DNA from: an uncultured delta proteobacterium
GTDB taxonomy: Bacteria; Desulfobacterota; Binatia; UBA9968
DNA: 64,000 nucleotides
NCBI GenBank assembly: GCA_963840855.1
Contig: CAWJBB010000030.1
Location: 192,001 to 256,000, forward strand
Direction of reading: 5' to 3'
Positions within the stretch are counted from its first letter, which is position 1. Every line of letters begins with the position of its first letter. Shown in pieces: positions 63,276-64,000 of the stretch. The translations under genes and the position numbers were made by a program. The notes beneath the pieces were generated by a model. That model saw only the letters and a program-made list of their open reading frames with translations, was not told where the DNA came from and ran no database searches.

Positions 63276-63521
63276 ATGGGTGACGCGATGATAGAAACGA
63301 TTGAAGGAGCACTGGAGACGCTTCGCAAGTCACTTCAGGCCGACGGTTTCGATCTTAAAGTTGAAGGCTTCAAAGAAGGTGTTGTCTCCGTGGTGGTTGT
63401 AGCCGGACCCGACGCGTGTATCGAGTGCTTAATTCCACAAGAGCATATTAAGTTAAGAATAGAGCATAGGCTCAAAGGTCTCGCTCGGACGGTTCGGCTG
63501 CGTTACCCTGAAAAGCCGTAG
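63276..63521 (+). CDS. Small CxxC protein, NifU/Nfu C-terminal-like
   Basis: ALETLRKSLQADGFDL...ACIECLIP parallels the Nfu pattern RP.L..DGGD...GACxxC. Confidence 0.72.
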   Translation: MGDAMIETIEGALETLRKSLQADGFDLKVEGFKEGVVSVVVVAGPDACIECLIPQEHIKLRIEHRLKGLARTVRLRYPEKP

Positions 63522-63618
63522 TGAGCGCATTGCCAGGGTTGGTGAGCGCAGATAAGATTGCCGATCGCCTGGGGGGAGGGTTGAGCTTCGACAACAGTCC
63601 CGTCGCTCACATGTGGCG

Positions 63619-63732
63619 GAGGATCCAGAGGCCGACGAAGTATCTCTGAAGCGGCCTAGCCGCTCCTTCGGGACGTGATCGTTTTCGTCAGCGTGGTTCG
63701 TCTGCTAAACCGGGAGCCGCCGGACGCTTGAC
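63619..63732 (+). other. Structured non-coding segment resembling an IS110/IS1111-family element end
   Basis: AGGCCG/CGGCCT stem, TCC-TTCG-GGA tetraloop, ends in GCTTGAC; no transposase adjacent. Confidence 0.4.
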
Positions 63733-64000
63733 TGATGCTTTTTGTGCGAACAGTAAATCAAGAACTTGGCTTGGTTCGACCCGCAGCCGGGTGTATCACA
63801 ACTGAACGCTCTTTGGCATCACAGATATAAGCCGGGGTGGAACGGGTCAATCGGAGCAGGTCTCGGCTCACCTCTTTCCACGCGAGCTAAAAAAATTGTC
63901 GAGGCCCCACCTGACGGCGCCGCGGCTGGAGATGAAAAGGAACGTAAAGCAGTAAAAGACCGCGCGCTCGCCGGTGTTCAATATCGGCCAAAATCCCTTG

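Overview
GC-rich bacterial chromosomal region. The many paralogous Fe(III)/polyamine-type and TctC/Bug-type binding proteins, amidohydrolases and a Topo VI suggest a Candidatus Binatota-like 'deltaproteobacterium' (inference only). Many otherwise intact genes carry single-base frameshifts, consistent with long-read assembly errors. Left to right: a DUF4331-TPR-His-rich Ni/Co transporter cluster; MmgE/PrpD; a bacterial top6B-top6A operon; amidohydrolase; FtsH; a Tat-less reductive dehalogenase-like gene plus ferredoxin; an FhlA-like activator, ada/alkA-ogt and a sigma54 promoter ahead of several small ORFs; di-heme peroxidase; MBL hydrolase; double-length UvrA; queE; a large PBP; then a transport/catabolism block (43-63.5 kb) strewn with gene and mobile-element remnants. 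The strongest unannotated signal is an in-frame UGA at 60744 (U-G-T-C) followed by a SECIS-like hairpin. It joins two called ORFs into one 557-aa UGSC-type selenoprotein, in an operon with two binding proteins and a small CxxC protein; a collapsed paralog of that operon lies at 15.1-15.6 kb. Also notable: a recurring GTTCAA-periodic intergenic repeat family, a possible beta-clamp motif on Top6B, an orphan tRNA-Arg 3' half, and a structured orphan IS110/IS1111-end-like sequence. No database searches were run.
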